Assembly: GCF_030028105.1 (NCBI RefSeq)
Contig: NC_092373.1
Span: 95,992,062 to 96,056,061, forward strand
Origin: Mobula birostris
Taxonomy: Eukaryota
Length of the DNA: 64,000 nt
Direction of reading: 5' to 3'
Below, piece by piece: positions 40,070-51,950 of this stretch (within the stretch, counting starts at the first letter, position 1; every line of letters begins with the position of its first letter). The position numbers and the translations under genes are program-made. The notes below the pieces were generated by a model. That model worked only from the letters and a program-made list of their open reading frames with translations. It did no database searches and was not told the origin of the DNA.

Positions 40070-40586
40070 GTACGGTTTGATTTTAATTTTGCTGATATAA
40101 GATGTGAAATTACTATCAATAGTGTGCTTTGAAAGAAGTGAATGAAAGCTTTAACAAAAAGATGGTTTCTAAAATAAAATAGCTGTGCAGAGGAATTTGA
40201 GAATTTAGCCAAAGATGCTGCAAGTCATGAGGAATGCCAAGCTCTTGTGAATGTCAACCCCCTAAAATATGCAAACATTCTCAAGTTGAAGTTAAATAAC
40301 AGCATTCACATGCCACAGTTCAAAGGCAGACTGCTGGTGGAGCAGCTGTTTCACAGCATGTAAGAATATGCAGCTTGACATATTTTAATACAATCTTGCA
40401 CAATCCTTACACTTCACATTCTTTCAAAACATCCAGTTGCTCCCTCCTTCCTTCTGGCCCTTCCACTAAACTTGTGCCCCTCTTGTCTTCAGTAGTAGCA
40501 GCTGCCCCCGAGAGTCACAATGCCATGAGTGCAGCACTGATGATCCAGAGCAATGCTGACTTTTCAGGTGGAATACATTGTGTCTG

Positions 40587-40694
40587 TTAGTCCTGACGAA
40601 GGGTCTCGTCCTGAAACGTCGACTGTCTCTCTTCATAGAGATGCTGCCTGGCCTGCTGTGTTCACCAGCAACTTTGATGTGTATTGTCTCTTGT
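40587..40694 (+). mobile_element. 108-bp hammerhead-containing mini-insertion with 9-bp TSD
   Basis: ttgtgtctg at 40578-40586 and 40695-40703. Confidence 0.75.
40589..40624 (+). ncRNA. Minimal type I hammerhead ribozyme, intact core and helix I; predicted cleavage after C40620
   Basis: AGTC CTGACGA AGGG-TCTCG-TCCT GAAAC GTC GACT; AGUC/GACU helix I; palindromic ACGU helix III. Confidence 0.78.
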
Positions 40695-41186
40695 TTGTGT
40701 CTGCTTTTCTTTCTTTTGCTGGTTGTAAAAGAACTCAGTTCTTTTTGGTGTTTTAGCCGGAATTCATTTATAGCTCAGTTGACACCAATAAAATGGATTA
40801 CCTGGTGGACTGCATGCGTATTTATAGGAATTTGGATGCAACTTAACTACAATCTGAATTAGTAATTGGCTTATTTTTGACACATATATTCAGATACAGT
40901 GGAACGCTTTGTTTTCATGACTTCCAAACATATGTTGTCATACATATATCTGAACTGTTACTCGTCAAATTAGCCTCCTTGTATCTAAGTCTCTGTGACC
41001 TTTGCCACTATTTCCAGCCTCACATCGGAAAAGTACTCTCCTAAGCTTCCAGTTCCCCAGTACTTCATTCAGTTTGGAGCTTCCTTGTCCCTTTTTAAAT
41101 ACCTTGATTTTTATTCTGTAGAGTATCCAAACAGCAGTTTTTGGGGAACTTTTGAAACAAATGACTTGGTTCTGCTCTGATTACAG

Positions 41187-41350
41187 GATTCCTACCAAGA
41201 TACATTGGAATTTCTTCTGCCTGACCGTGACCTGTGTAAGATTTTCTGGAAGAACTGCGTTGAATATCATACTTTCTTCAGACTCCTGGACCAACCCAAG
41301 CCAAAGGCCAAGGCAATTTTATTCACCCGGGGATCCTCCTTTAGATACAG
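41187..41350 (+). CDS. FARP2: FARP2 coding exon ([54 protein letters not shown])
   Basis: ctctgattacag acceptor, AG|gtagtt donor, 164 nt phase 0-2; end of FERM and start of FERM-adjacent domain. Confidence 0.96.
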
Positions 41351-41999
41351 GTAGTTGGTAGCTATATTTTAAAATAATATTTGTATTTGTTTACAGTAGT
41401 TATGTTTTAATATTGATTTTGCAAAAATTACCAATATTTGGAATTTATCTACAAGTGAATTAAATGAGTAGATAATTGAGACCGCTGATGATATATAATA
41501 TTCCAAGCAGTCCTGTCTTTCACACTGAGACTAATGAGAAGCAATCACTTACCACATGTTGTCTTGAATAGTAAATACTGGAGCCACAGCATCTGCAACC
41601 CTGTGACATTCCCAAGGGACTCAGCAATTGAATTTCTATTGAATACCAATTAATCTTTGAATGACCTTGTTCTCAACTTTTGTAACAGTTAGAAAATATT
41701 ACAGAAAATCGTACTTTACAATAAATTGTTGGTACAGAAGTAGCTTTTCTGCAACACTATATCTTAATGTGAGCAGCACCATGAAAAATGTAAAATATTA
41801 ATATTTTGCATTAAAATGCATGCTCACAATTTTTGCCATTTGCTCTGTTTAGACTTCAGGTCTCTGGCTGTATGTAAACTAGATTGCTCCCCTGCTAATG
41901 AAGTAACTGCAACCAGAGTTTTATAGGGCCTAATGATATATGAGTTTTAAAATAATTTGAAATGCAGCAGGAGAATTGTTACTTCAAAGATCCTAATCA

Positions 42000-42390
42000 A
42001 TTTAGGCAGGAAAAGGGAGGCGGTCCTGAAGAGAGAATATAGGGAGTTAAATAGAAAGTTGAAAAACTGGACCTCTAGGGTTGTAATCTCTGGATTGCAG
42101 CCAGTGAGGGTAAAATAGGATAATTTGACAGATGAATGCAGGGTTGAGGAATTGGTGCAGGAGGCAGGTTTCAGTTTACTGGATCATTGAGATCTCTTCT
42201 GGGGAAGTGATGACCTGTACAAAAAGAACGGTTTACACCTGAACCCAAGGGGGAGCAGTATCTTTGCTGGCAGATTTGCTAGAGCTGTTGGGGAGGGTTT
42301 TAAGTCACTTTTCAGGGGATGAGAACTGGAGTTGGTCGGACTGAGGATGGGGCAGTTGGTATACAAGTAGATTTAGTGTGTAGTGAGACT
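42000..42390 (+). mobile_element. CR1 ORF1 (SGNH esterase) fragment
   Basis: RVVISGL...DLFWG..DLYKKNGLHLNP.G..I.AGRF remnant, homologous to 49364-49864. Confidence 0.7.
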
Positions 42391-42563
42391 GATGCAATTT
42401 TGCCCTATCATCTGCCTGTGCTTCATCAGTGGGATGAATTGAAGTGTAATTTAGGAGCAAAATTGAAAAGGGTGATGAATAGAGAACTGAAGGTGTTGTA
42501 ACTGAATGCATGTAATATACAGAATAATTTAGAATCAATATCGTTTAGTATCACTGCATACAG

Positions 42564-42905
42564 CAGTGGTCCCCAACCTCCGGGCCGTGGACTGATACAT
42601 TGCCGCGAAGAGTGCAACGGTAGCCGGGACGCACTCAGCACATCTTTAAGAAAAAAGCAGAAATAAACAAGCTAATTAACTAGGTGCTGCCGGGCATGTA
42701 AATGTCGACCCAGATCAGAAGTGATGCAATCGGCAATTGCCTCTGATCTGGGCCGACGTTTACATGCCGGGCAGCACCTAATTAATTAGCTTGTTTATTT
42801 CGGCTTTTTTCTTAAAGATGTGCTGGGTGCGTTCCGACTACCGCTGCGCCGCTGCATTCTTTGCAGCAATGTATCGGTCTGCTGCCCGGAGGTTGGGGAC
42901 CACTG
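42564..42905. mobile_element. 342-bp fold-back hAT (Charlie-type) MITE with perfect 8-bp TSD
   Basis: gcatacag at 42556-42563 and 42906-42913; TIR cagtggtccccaacctccggg; near-palindromic over its whole length. Confidence 0.92.
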
Positions 42906-42914
42906 GCATACAGT

Positions 42915-45650
42915 ACATTGTGGAATTTGTTGCTTTGCAGCAGTATAGTGCAATATATAACAAACTATAAACAACAATAACAAGTATATTTAAAAAAAAA
43001 TAATAATTAAATAAGTAGTGCAGAAAGGAAGTGGAAAAACAGTGAAGTAGTGTTCAAGGATTGATTGCCCATTCAGAATATGATGTCAGAAGGGAAGGAG
43101 CGGTTCCTGAAACATTGGGTGTGTGACTTCAGGCTTCTTGATAGTAGCAACAAGATGAGGGTATGTCCTGGTGATGGAGGGCCTTGATGATGGATGCCGC
43201 CTTTTTGAGACATTGCCTTTTGAAGATGCCCTTGATACTGAAGAGGCTCGTGCCCACAATGGAGCTGGCTGTGTTTACAACTTTCTGCGACTTTTTCCAA
43301 TGGGCCCTCCATATCAGACAGTGATGCAACCAGGTAGAATACTCCCCATGGTACATTTGTAGAAATTTGTATGTACCTTTTGTGAAATACAAGTTTCCTC
43401 AAACTGCTGATGAAATATAGCTGCTGTTGTGCCTTCTTCGTAATAACATCAATATGATAGATCTTCAGACGTGCTGACATCCAGAAACTGAACTGCTGAC
43501 CCGTTCCACTGCTGATCCCTCAATTAGGACTGGTGTGTTTTCCCTTGACTTCTCCTTCCAGAAGTCTACAATCAGTTCCTTGGTCTTACTGATGTTGAGA
43601 GCAAGGTTCTGGTTGCATCACCATTCAACCAGCTGATCTATCTCATTCCTGTATTACTCCTCCTCACCCTCTGAAATTGTGCCAAAAATAGTTGTGTCGT
43701 CGGCAAATTAATAGATGGCATCTGAGCTGCACTTAGCCACACAGTTGTGGGTGTAGGGAGAGTAGAGCAGGACTAAGTATGTATCCTTGAGGTGCACCTG
43801 TGTTGATTGTCAGCGATGAGGAGATGATATTTCCAGTCTGCCCAGACTGTGTTAGGTCCCTGTGAGGAAGTCAAGGCTTTAGTTGCAGAGGGAGGTACAG
43901 GGGTCCAGGATTTGGAGCTTGTTGATTAGAATTGAGAGTATGATTGTGTTGAATGCTGAGCTTTAATCTATTAACAGTAGCCTGAAATATTATTGTCCTA
44001 GTGAGCCAAAGTAGAGTAGAGAACTAGTGAGCTTGCATCTGCTAAGGATTATTGTGGTGATAGGCAAATTGCAGTGGGTCCAGCTCCTTCCTTAGGCAGG
44101 AGTTGATTCTGGCCAAGACCAACCTCCCAAGGTACTTCATCACAGTAGATGTGAGTGCCATTAGGTGATGGACGTTGAGGCAGCTCACCCTGCTCTTCTT
44201 GGGCACTGGTATGATTGTCAGGTGGGAACCTCTGACTGCAGCAGTGAGAGATTGAATATGTCCTTGCACACACCCACCATTTAGTTGACACAGGTTTTCA
44301 GAGCCCCATCAGGGCATTTTTCCTTGCTAGGGTTCGCTGTCTTGAAAGGTGTTCTGACGTTGGCTTTTGAGACAGAGTTCACAGGGTCACTAGATGGTGC
44401 AGGGACTCACATATGTGTATTCTCCCTCTCAAAGTGCATAAAAGGTGTTGAGCTCATCTGGGCATGAAACATCACAGCCACTCATGATGTTAGTCTTCAC
44501 CTTGCAGGAAGTAATAGCCTGCAACCCTTGCCAGAGCTGACGTGCATCTGATTTTTTATCACTAACCTCAATCAGAATTGTTTTTTTTGGCTCTTAAAAT
44601 AGCCTTCCATAGGTCGTACCTGGACTACTTGTATATTTCTGGATCATCGGCCTTAAATGCTCCAGATCTTGCCCTCAGCAGAGATTCATCTTGGGCTTTT
44701 AGTTTGGGTACGTCTGGTATGGTCTCAAAGGCACACACTCATCCGCACAGGTCTTGATGAAGTTGGTGACAGTTGTGGTAAATTCATTCAGCTTTGAAAA
44801 TGAATCTCAATGTTTTAGGAACGGCTCCTTTTCCTCTGCCATCATATTCTGAATGGGAAATGAATCCTTGACCGTATTTCTTGGTCCTCACCGCTGATGC
44901 TGCAGTTTTTAATCTCTGCCTATACTCTGGGAGTAGAGGTACAGCTAGGTAATTGAACTTTACAAAGTGTAGGTATGGGACAGCACGGTAAGCATTCTTG
45001 ACTGTGGTATAACAGTGGCCAAATGTGTTGGCTGTTCAGGTTCCATGAGTGACATGTTGCTGGTAGAAACTCCTTCGAGGTGACCTAGTTGAAATTCCCA
45101 GCAGTGATAGGAAAGGCACTTGGTGCACCGCATCGTGACTGCTAATCATGGTGTCTACTCCTCCAATGCTTGTCTGATGTTGGCCTGAGGTGGAATGTAC
45201 CAGGATGGTGACAGAAAACTGACATGGCAGATAAACTGCATGATATTTGACCCCTAAATGTTCCAGGTTGTTTAAGCAGGCTTGAGACAGATCCACCATT
45301 TTTCTGTACCATGCTGAGTTAATCATGAAGCATACTCCACTTCCTCCGCCTTTAAAAGACTGTGTTGTCCTGTCTTTGCAGAGAATGGTCAAGCCATGGG
45401 GTTGCAGCATTGCATCTGAAATGGCAGATGTTAACCACGTTTCTATGAAGCAAAGTACACAGCAGTCCCTGATGTCCCTCTGGTTCTGCAATCTTACTCT
45501 GAGGTGTTTAATTTTATTTCCCAGAGACTGTACATTCACCAGCACGATAGTTGAGAGTGTCTGGGGTGGGTATGGGGGTGATAAGGGAGCGGTGTCTAAA
45601 TCCTCTACATGAAAAGTGGGTTCAAGTCTCAGTCCAGCAACACGAGGATA
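42915..45650 (-). mobile_element. Degenerate Rex1/Babar-type LINE (APE plus RT remnants)
   Basis: ORFs 45036..45545 (NVQSLGNK...LCFIETWL), 44042..44269 (IIPVPKKS...ALTSTVMK...LDPLQFAY), 43073..43480 (KKAQQQLYF). Confidence 0.8.
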
Positions 45651-46279
45651 TAATGTTGCATCTTGTAGCTAAGACATCAAACTGAATCCTCGTCTGTTCT
45701 CTGCCAGGCAGGAAAACCCTTAATGGCACTAATTTTGATCATTATAGTGATTATATTGATGAAGAAATGCATCTTGGCAATCTTAAGTTTAGTATTAAGT
45801 GCATCACTTTGTATTTGATATTGTGATGAAGACAAAATGTAGCTGTACTATTCTACTGAAATTATTTTTCAAAAATCCTATGTTTGAACACTATAGTAAA
45901 CTGCATTCCCTTGTGGTTGACTGCTGTCATTTCCTTTATGTTGAAAAAATTGCCTCTAATGTAGTCTGCAACACAATCACAACTTCATTTTTTTTTTCTT
46001 GGCATACTCACCATGCCCAAGCTGATTGGTGTCAGCTTAAATAAATCATTAAATCCTAGTGTAGACATGGTCTTCACTAATAACCAAATACTTCATTCCC
46101 TTTTAAGCACCAGTGTGCGAGACAATGACCTTTATCGTTTATCGTCGTGACCTATGCAGTTGCAGTCTGATCCTTCTTGACAAATTACTTTGAATCACTT
46201 TTGTGGTGAGCTATAATGGTGCTGGGGATGGTTTCTTTTAGCGAATTGAGTGGGGTTAATCTCTTGTTTTCCTCCACAG

Positions 46280-46348
46280 TGGAAGGACGCAGAAACAACT
46301 GGTTGACTACATGCGTGAGAGTGTGACAAAGACACTCCCTTATCAGAG
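46280..46348 (+). CDS. FARP2: FARP2 coding exon (SGRTQKQLVDYMRESVTKTLPYQ)
   Basis: tttcctccacag acceptor, AG|gtaatt donor, 69 nt phase 2-2; FA-domain SGRTQKQLVDY. Confidence 0.95.
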
Positions 46349-46384
46349 GTAATTTTTGTTAATAATTTAGAAGACTGGCATATT

Positions 46385-49300
46385 TAGAAACCATAGAAAC
46401 TAGAGCACAGAAACAGGCCTCTTGGCCCTTCTTGGCTGTGCCGAACCATTTTCTGCCTAGTCCCACTGACCTGCACATGGACCATATCCCTCCATGCACC
46501 TCCCATCCATGTATCTGTCCAATTTATTCTTAAATGTTAAAAAAGAACCTGCATTTACCACCTCGTCTGGCAGCTCATTCCATACTCCCACCACTCTCTG
46601 TGTGAAGAAGCCCCCCCCAATGTTCCCTTCAAACTTTTCCCCCCTCACCCTTAACCCATGTCCTCTGGTTTTTTTCTCCCCTTGCCTCAGTGGAAAAAGC
46701 CTGCTTGCGTTCACTCTATCTACACCCATCATAATTTTATATACCTCCATCAAATCTCCCCTCATTCTTCTACGCTCCGGGGAATGAAGACCTAACCTAT
46801 TCAACCTCTCTCTGTAACTCAGTTTCACAAGTTTCGGCAACATCCTTGTAAACTTTTCTGCACGCTTTCAACCTTATTAATATCCTTCGTGTAATTTGGA
46901 GACCAAAACTGAACACATTACTCCAGATTCGGCCTCACCAATGCCTTATACAACCTCACCATAACAATCCAACTCTTATACTCAATACTTTGATTTATAA
47001 AGGCCAATGTACCAAAAGCTCTCTTTACGACCCTATCTACCTGTGACGCCACTTTTAAGGAATTTTGTATCTGTATTCCCAGAACCCTCTGTTCTACTGC
47101 ACTCCTCAGTGCCCTACCATTCACCTTGTATGTTCTACCTTAGTTTGTCCTTCCAAAGTGCAATACCTCTCACTTGTCTGTATTAAACTCCATATGCCAT
47201 TTTTCAGCCCATTTTTCCAGCTGGTCCAAATCCCTCTGCAAGCTTTGAAAACCTTCCTCACTGTCCACTACACTTCCAATCTTTGTATCATCAGCAAAAT
47301 TGCTGATCCAATTTACCACATTCTCATCCAGATCATTGATATAGATGACAAATAACAATGGACCCAGCACTGATCCCTGTGGCACACCACTAGTCACAGG
47401 CCTCCACTCGGAGAAGCAATTCTCTACTACCACTCTTTGGCTTCTTCCATTGAACCAATGTCTAATCCAGTTTACCACCTCTCCATGTATACCTAGCGAC
47501 TGAATTTTCCTAACTAACCTCCCATGTGGGACCTTGTCAAAGGCCTTACTGAAGTCCATGTAGACAATATCCACTGTCTTCCCTTCATCCACTTTCCTGG
47601 TAACCTCCTCGAAAAACTCCAATAGATTGGTCAAGCATGACCTACCACGCACAAAGCCATGTTGACTCTCCCTAATAAGTCCCTGTCTGTCCAAATGCTT
47701 GTAGATTCTGTCTCTTAGTACTCCCTCCAATAACTTACCTACTACCGACGTTAAATTTACTGGCCTATAATTTCCCGGATTTCTTTTCGATCCTTTTTTA
47801 AACAATAGAACAACATGAGCCACTCTCCAATCCTCCAGCACCTCACCTGTAGACAGCGATATTTTAAATATTTCTGCCAGGGCCCCTGCAATTTCAACAC
47901 TAGTCTCCTTTAAGATCCGAGGGAACACCCTGTCAGGTCCCAAGGATTTATCCACTTTAATTTTCCTCAAGGCAGCAAGCACCTCCTCCTTTTCGATCTG
48001 TTCAGTTTCCATGATCTCACTACTTGTTTCCCTTAATTCCAAAGACTTCATGCCAGTTTCCTTAGTAAATACAGACGCAAAAAACCTATTTAAGATCTCC
48101 CCCATTACCTTTGGTTCCGCACATAGCCGACCACTCTGATCTTCAAGAGGACCAATTTTATCCCCTACAATCCTTTTGCTCTTAATATACCTGTAAAAGC
48201 TCTTTGGATTATCCTTCACTTTGACTGTCAATGCAACCTCATGTCTTCTTTTAGCCCTCCTGATTTCATTAAGTATTTTCTTGCACTTCTTATACTCAAG
48301 CACCTTATTTACTCCGTTTCCTATACATGTCATACAACTCCCTCCTCTTCTTTATCAGAGTTGCAATATCCCTTGAGAACCAAGGTTCCTTATTCCTATT
48401 CACTTTGCCTTTAATCCTAACAGGAACATACAAATTCTGCACTCTCAAAATTTCTCCTTTGAAGGCTTCCCACCTACCGATCACATTCTTGCCAGAGAAC
48501 AACCTGTCCCAATCCACGCTTTTTAGATCCTTTCTCATTTCTTCAAATTTGGCCTTCTTCCAGTTAAGAACCTCAACCCTAGGACCAGATCTATCCTTGT
48601 CCATGATCAAATTGAAACTAATGGTGTTATGATCACTGGAACCAAAGTGCTCCCCTACACAGTCTTCTGTCACTTGTCCTAACTCGTTTCCTAACGGGAG
48701 ATCCAATATTGCATCCCCTCTAGTTGGTCCCTCTATATATTGATTTAGAAAACTTTCCTGAACACATTTTACAAACTCTAAACCATCTAGACCCCTAACA
48801 GTATGGGAGTCCCAATCAATATATGGAAAATTAAAATCCCCTACCACCACAACTTTATGTTTCCTGCAGTTGCCTGCTATCTCTCTGCAGATTTGCTCTT
48901 CCAATTCTCGTTGACTATTGGGTGGTCTGTAATGTGGCCATACCTTTCCTGTTTCTCAGCTCCACCCATGAGGACTCAGTAGACAAGCCCTCTAATCTGT
49001 CCTGCCTGAGCACTGCTGTAATATTTTCCCTAACAAGCAATGCTACTCCCCCACCTTTCATTCCTCTGCCTCGATCACATCTGAAACATTGGAACCCTGG
49101 AATATTAACCTGCCAGTCCTGCCGCTCTTGTGGCCAAGTTTCACTAATTGCTATAAGGTCATAATTCCACGTGTCAATCCACGCCCTCAACTCATCCGCC
49201 TTCCCCGCAATACTCCTCGTCTTGTAATATATACCCCTCAGAAGATTCTTACCACCACTCACAACCTTTCTATCAGCGGATTTGCTTGAACTTTTAACAT

Positions 49301-49890
49301 CATTTATTTTCACTCCAGCCACACTGTCAGCTCTGGCACTCTGGTTCCCATCCCCCTGCAAATCTAGTCTAAAGCCTCCCCAATAGCACTAACAAACCTC
49401 CCTGAAAGGATATTGGTCCCCCTGTAGTTCAAGTGTAACCCGTCGCTCTTGTACGGGTCCCACCTGCCCCAGAAGAGGTCCCAAGTATCCTGAAATCTGA
49501 AACCCTGCCCCCTACACCAGTTCCTCAGCCATTTGTTCATCCTCCAGAGCAACCTATTCCTACCCTCATTGGCACGTAGCACAGGTAGCAATCCTGAGAT
49601 TACCACCCTCGAGGTCCTGCTTTTCAACTTCCTACCAAGCTCTCTATACTCACTCTCCAGGACCTTCTCACTCTTCCTTGCTATGTCATTGGTACCGATG
49701 TGCACCATGACATCTGGCTGATCACCCTCCCACTTCAGAATGTCATGCAATCGATCAGAGGCATCCTTGACCCTGGCACCTGGGAGGCAACACACTATCC
49801 TGGATTCTCTGTCACGACCACAGAACCTCCTATCTGTACCTCTAACTATCGAGTCCCCTATCACTACCGCTCTCCTCTTTTTCCACCCTC
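46385..49890 (-). mobile_element. Long, relatively young 5'-truncated CR1 LINE (ORF1 SGNH esterase plus frameshifted APE-RT ORF2)
   Basis: ORF1 IGDSIVRG...VHIGTND...DGLHLN; ORF2 ISETW, VGDFN, SDH, NYRPV, MDFSKAFD, GVPQGSVLGP, FADD; CR1 tail (tctatggtttcta). Confidence 0.95.
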
Positions 49891-51669
49891 CCTATTTTTT
49901 CAGGGTTGTTCTGTTAAATAGCAAAATTTGTAAAATTTAGTGTTTTCCGCTGTGTAGTTAACACATGACCTATTTGGTTATATTTTGATCAATATATAGT
50001 AGAGATTGATATTAGAATGGAAGCCTCTCTGCGCCATGTAATGAAAGCATGGCTTCTTTCTGCTAAAATCTGCATTGTGTATAAACCAATAATACAGTGA
50101 AGTTGGACTGTTATGACTTTAACTTGTACATTGATAAATATCTTTGCAGTGACCCAGTGCTTTTCAATCACTATTCAAAAAAAAATTGACATGAATACCC
50201 CGCATCTGCCTTGTTTAACTGTGTGTGGTTAAAGAGTGAAACATCTGATGTATTTCATTTTGTATACCAGAACAGGCCACTGCAATCTATTATCAAAATA
50301 TTTACCATTTATAGCCATGTTCATTTTGTTTTCCACATTTGTTCTCAATATTTAGTTCAGCCTTGTTCATTGCCTGTAGTTCAGAATAATCTCTATTCCA
50401 TTTCACAGCCTCGTCATATTGTCTGCTTTATATGTTCACCACCCCCTTTATAAATTTAAACATTAAACCTGCGTATATCCCTCTTAGTATTTGAGATTGC
50501 ATAAAGTGCAAGAATTTGACTTGTCTTTTGCTGTCAGAATCTTGAGTACTTGCCCACACACTATGCACTCCCCGACCATCCCCAACATATTTTGTATTTT
50601 CTACTGTCTTTTAAAATTCAGTTTGTTGATTATTTACTAAATTAACACTCCCTTTAGTATCTCCCCTGTAAAACTAGTGTGAACACAGTACCTTGGGAAG
50701 CTAGAACTGTGTAACACTCCATACAAATTGACACATCCTGGGACGTAAGCTTTATTTCCTCAGCTGAGCTCCAGTAAGTTTTCTTGTATGGTAGTGATGT
50801 TTTAAGTAAACCATCTACTGATATGTCCACATAACGTTCTTTCTGCCTCTTACATTCTCATTGCTTAATACCAGTATTATTAAACCACATCTTTCTCAAC
50901 ATTTTGTTGGTTCTCACCAACTTTCCAATGTTTTTGAATCCCTTTTTTATTCTAGACATGTATTCTAGAATGGCAATTTCCACCTGTCCAGATTGCTGAG
51001 ATCAGAGAACATGAATGACTGTTTTCCTTCCAAATAACTTGTGCTTCTCAAATACCATACTGAGATATGAAGGCCACATGTCCTATCGTGTTGTAGAATA
51101 GGATGCTTGACTCATATTCAGGAAAGTACTTAGTCCATTGCCTTTGTCACATTCAAGCTGTGCAAATGTTTAAATGTTGAACCTATAAAAAGGTTAAGAC
51201 AACCTCAAACACCTAGCCATTATTTTGGTGACTAGCATCCTAGAGGGCTCATTTTTCCTCCTCCTTCCCCACGACTTATCCCACCACGCAACCTCCACTC
51301 TTCTCCCCCACCCTGAGCACCTTAAGTGTGGATTGAAGAATGGAATCTCAAACCTTTTTAGATTAAAATTCTGTGGCTGGTGATTGTGTTCATCTGATTA
51401 TCATCTTTCCACTTCCTATTTTTCATACCAGAACTGAATGCTTATTCAAGAAAATATTAAGCCCAGCTCCTCTGTAAAGTATTGGATCCTGAATCAGTTA
51501 GTTTTAGATGATGAATCCCTTACAGGTGTAAAATGAAAGGTAAAATTTCACCAGTTGTTTTTGTCTCTTTTTACTCTTTCTACCCATCTTGTCCCATTTT
51601 AAATGAAAAGTTCTGTCTTTTTCCACACCATATCTCTCAATAAAATATATTTATTTTTACTTTATTGTC

Positions 51670-51950
51670 TCGCGGCCTGGAATCTGCCCTTCTGGCCCTT
51701 GCAGCCATGCTGCCCAGTTACCCCTCTCCCCCTGCCCCGATTTAATCCTAGCTAACTATGGGACAATTTACAAAGACCAGTTAATCTACCAACCGTTGGA
51801 TCTTTGGACTGTGGGAGGAAACTGGAGCACCCAGAGGAAACTCACACAGTCACGGGGAAGACATACTAACTCCTTACAGGCAGCTGAGGGAATTGAACCT
51901 TGGTCGCTGGAACTGTGAAGCATTGTGCTAACCACTAAACTACTGTGGCA
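51670..51950 (-). mobile_element. HE1-like tRNA-derived V-SINE
   Basis: Reverse strand head gccacagtagtttagtggttagcac...ggttcaattcc; V domain gtcttccccgtgactgtgtgagtttcctctgggtgctccagtttcctcccaca. Confidence 0.78.

Noticed and set aside
46457-49864. Host esterase or reverse transcriptase genes, or an intact active LINE
   Set aside because: These are CR1 ORF1/ORF2 pieces, 5'-truncated and split by frameshifts and stops
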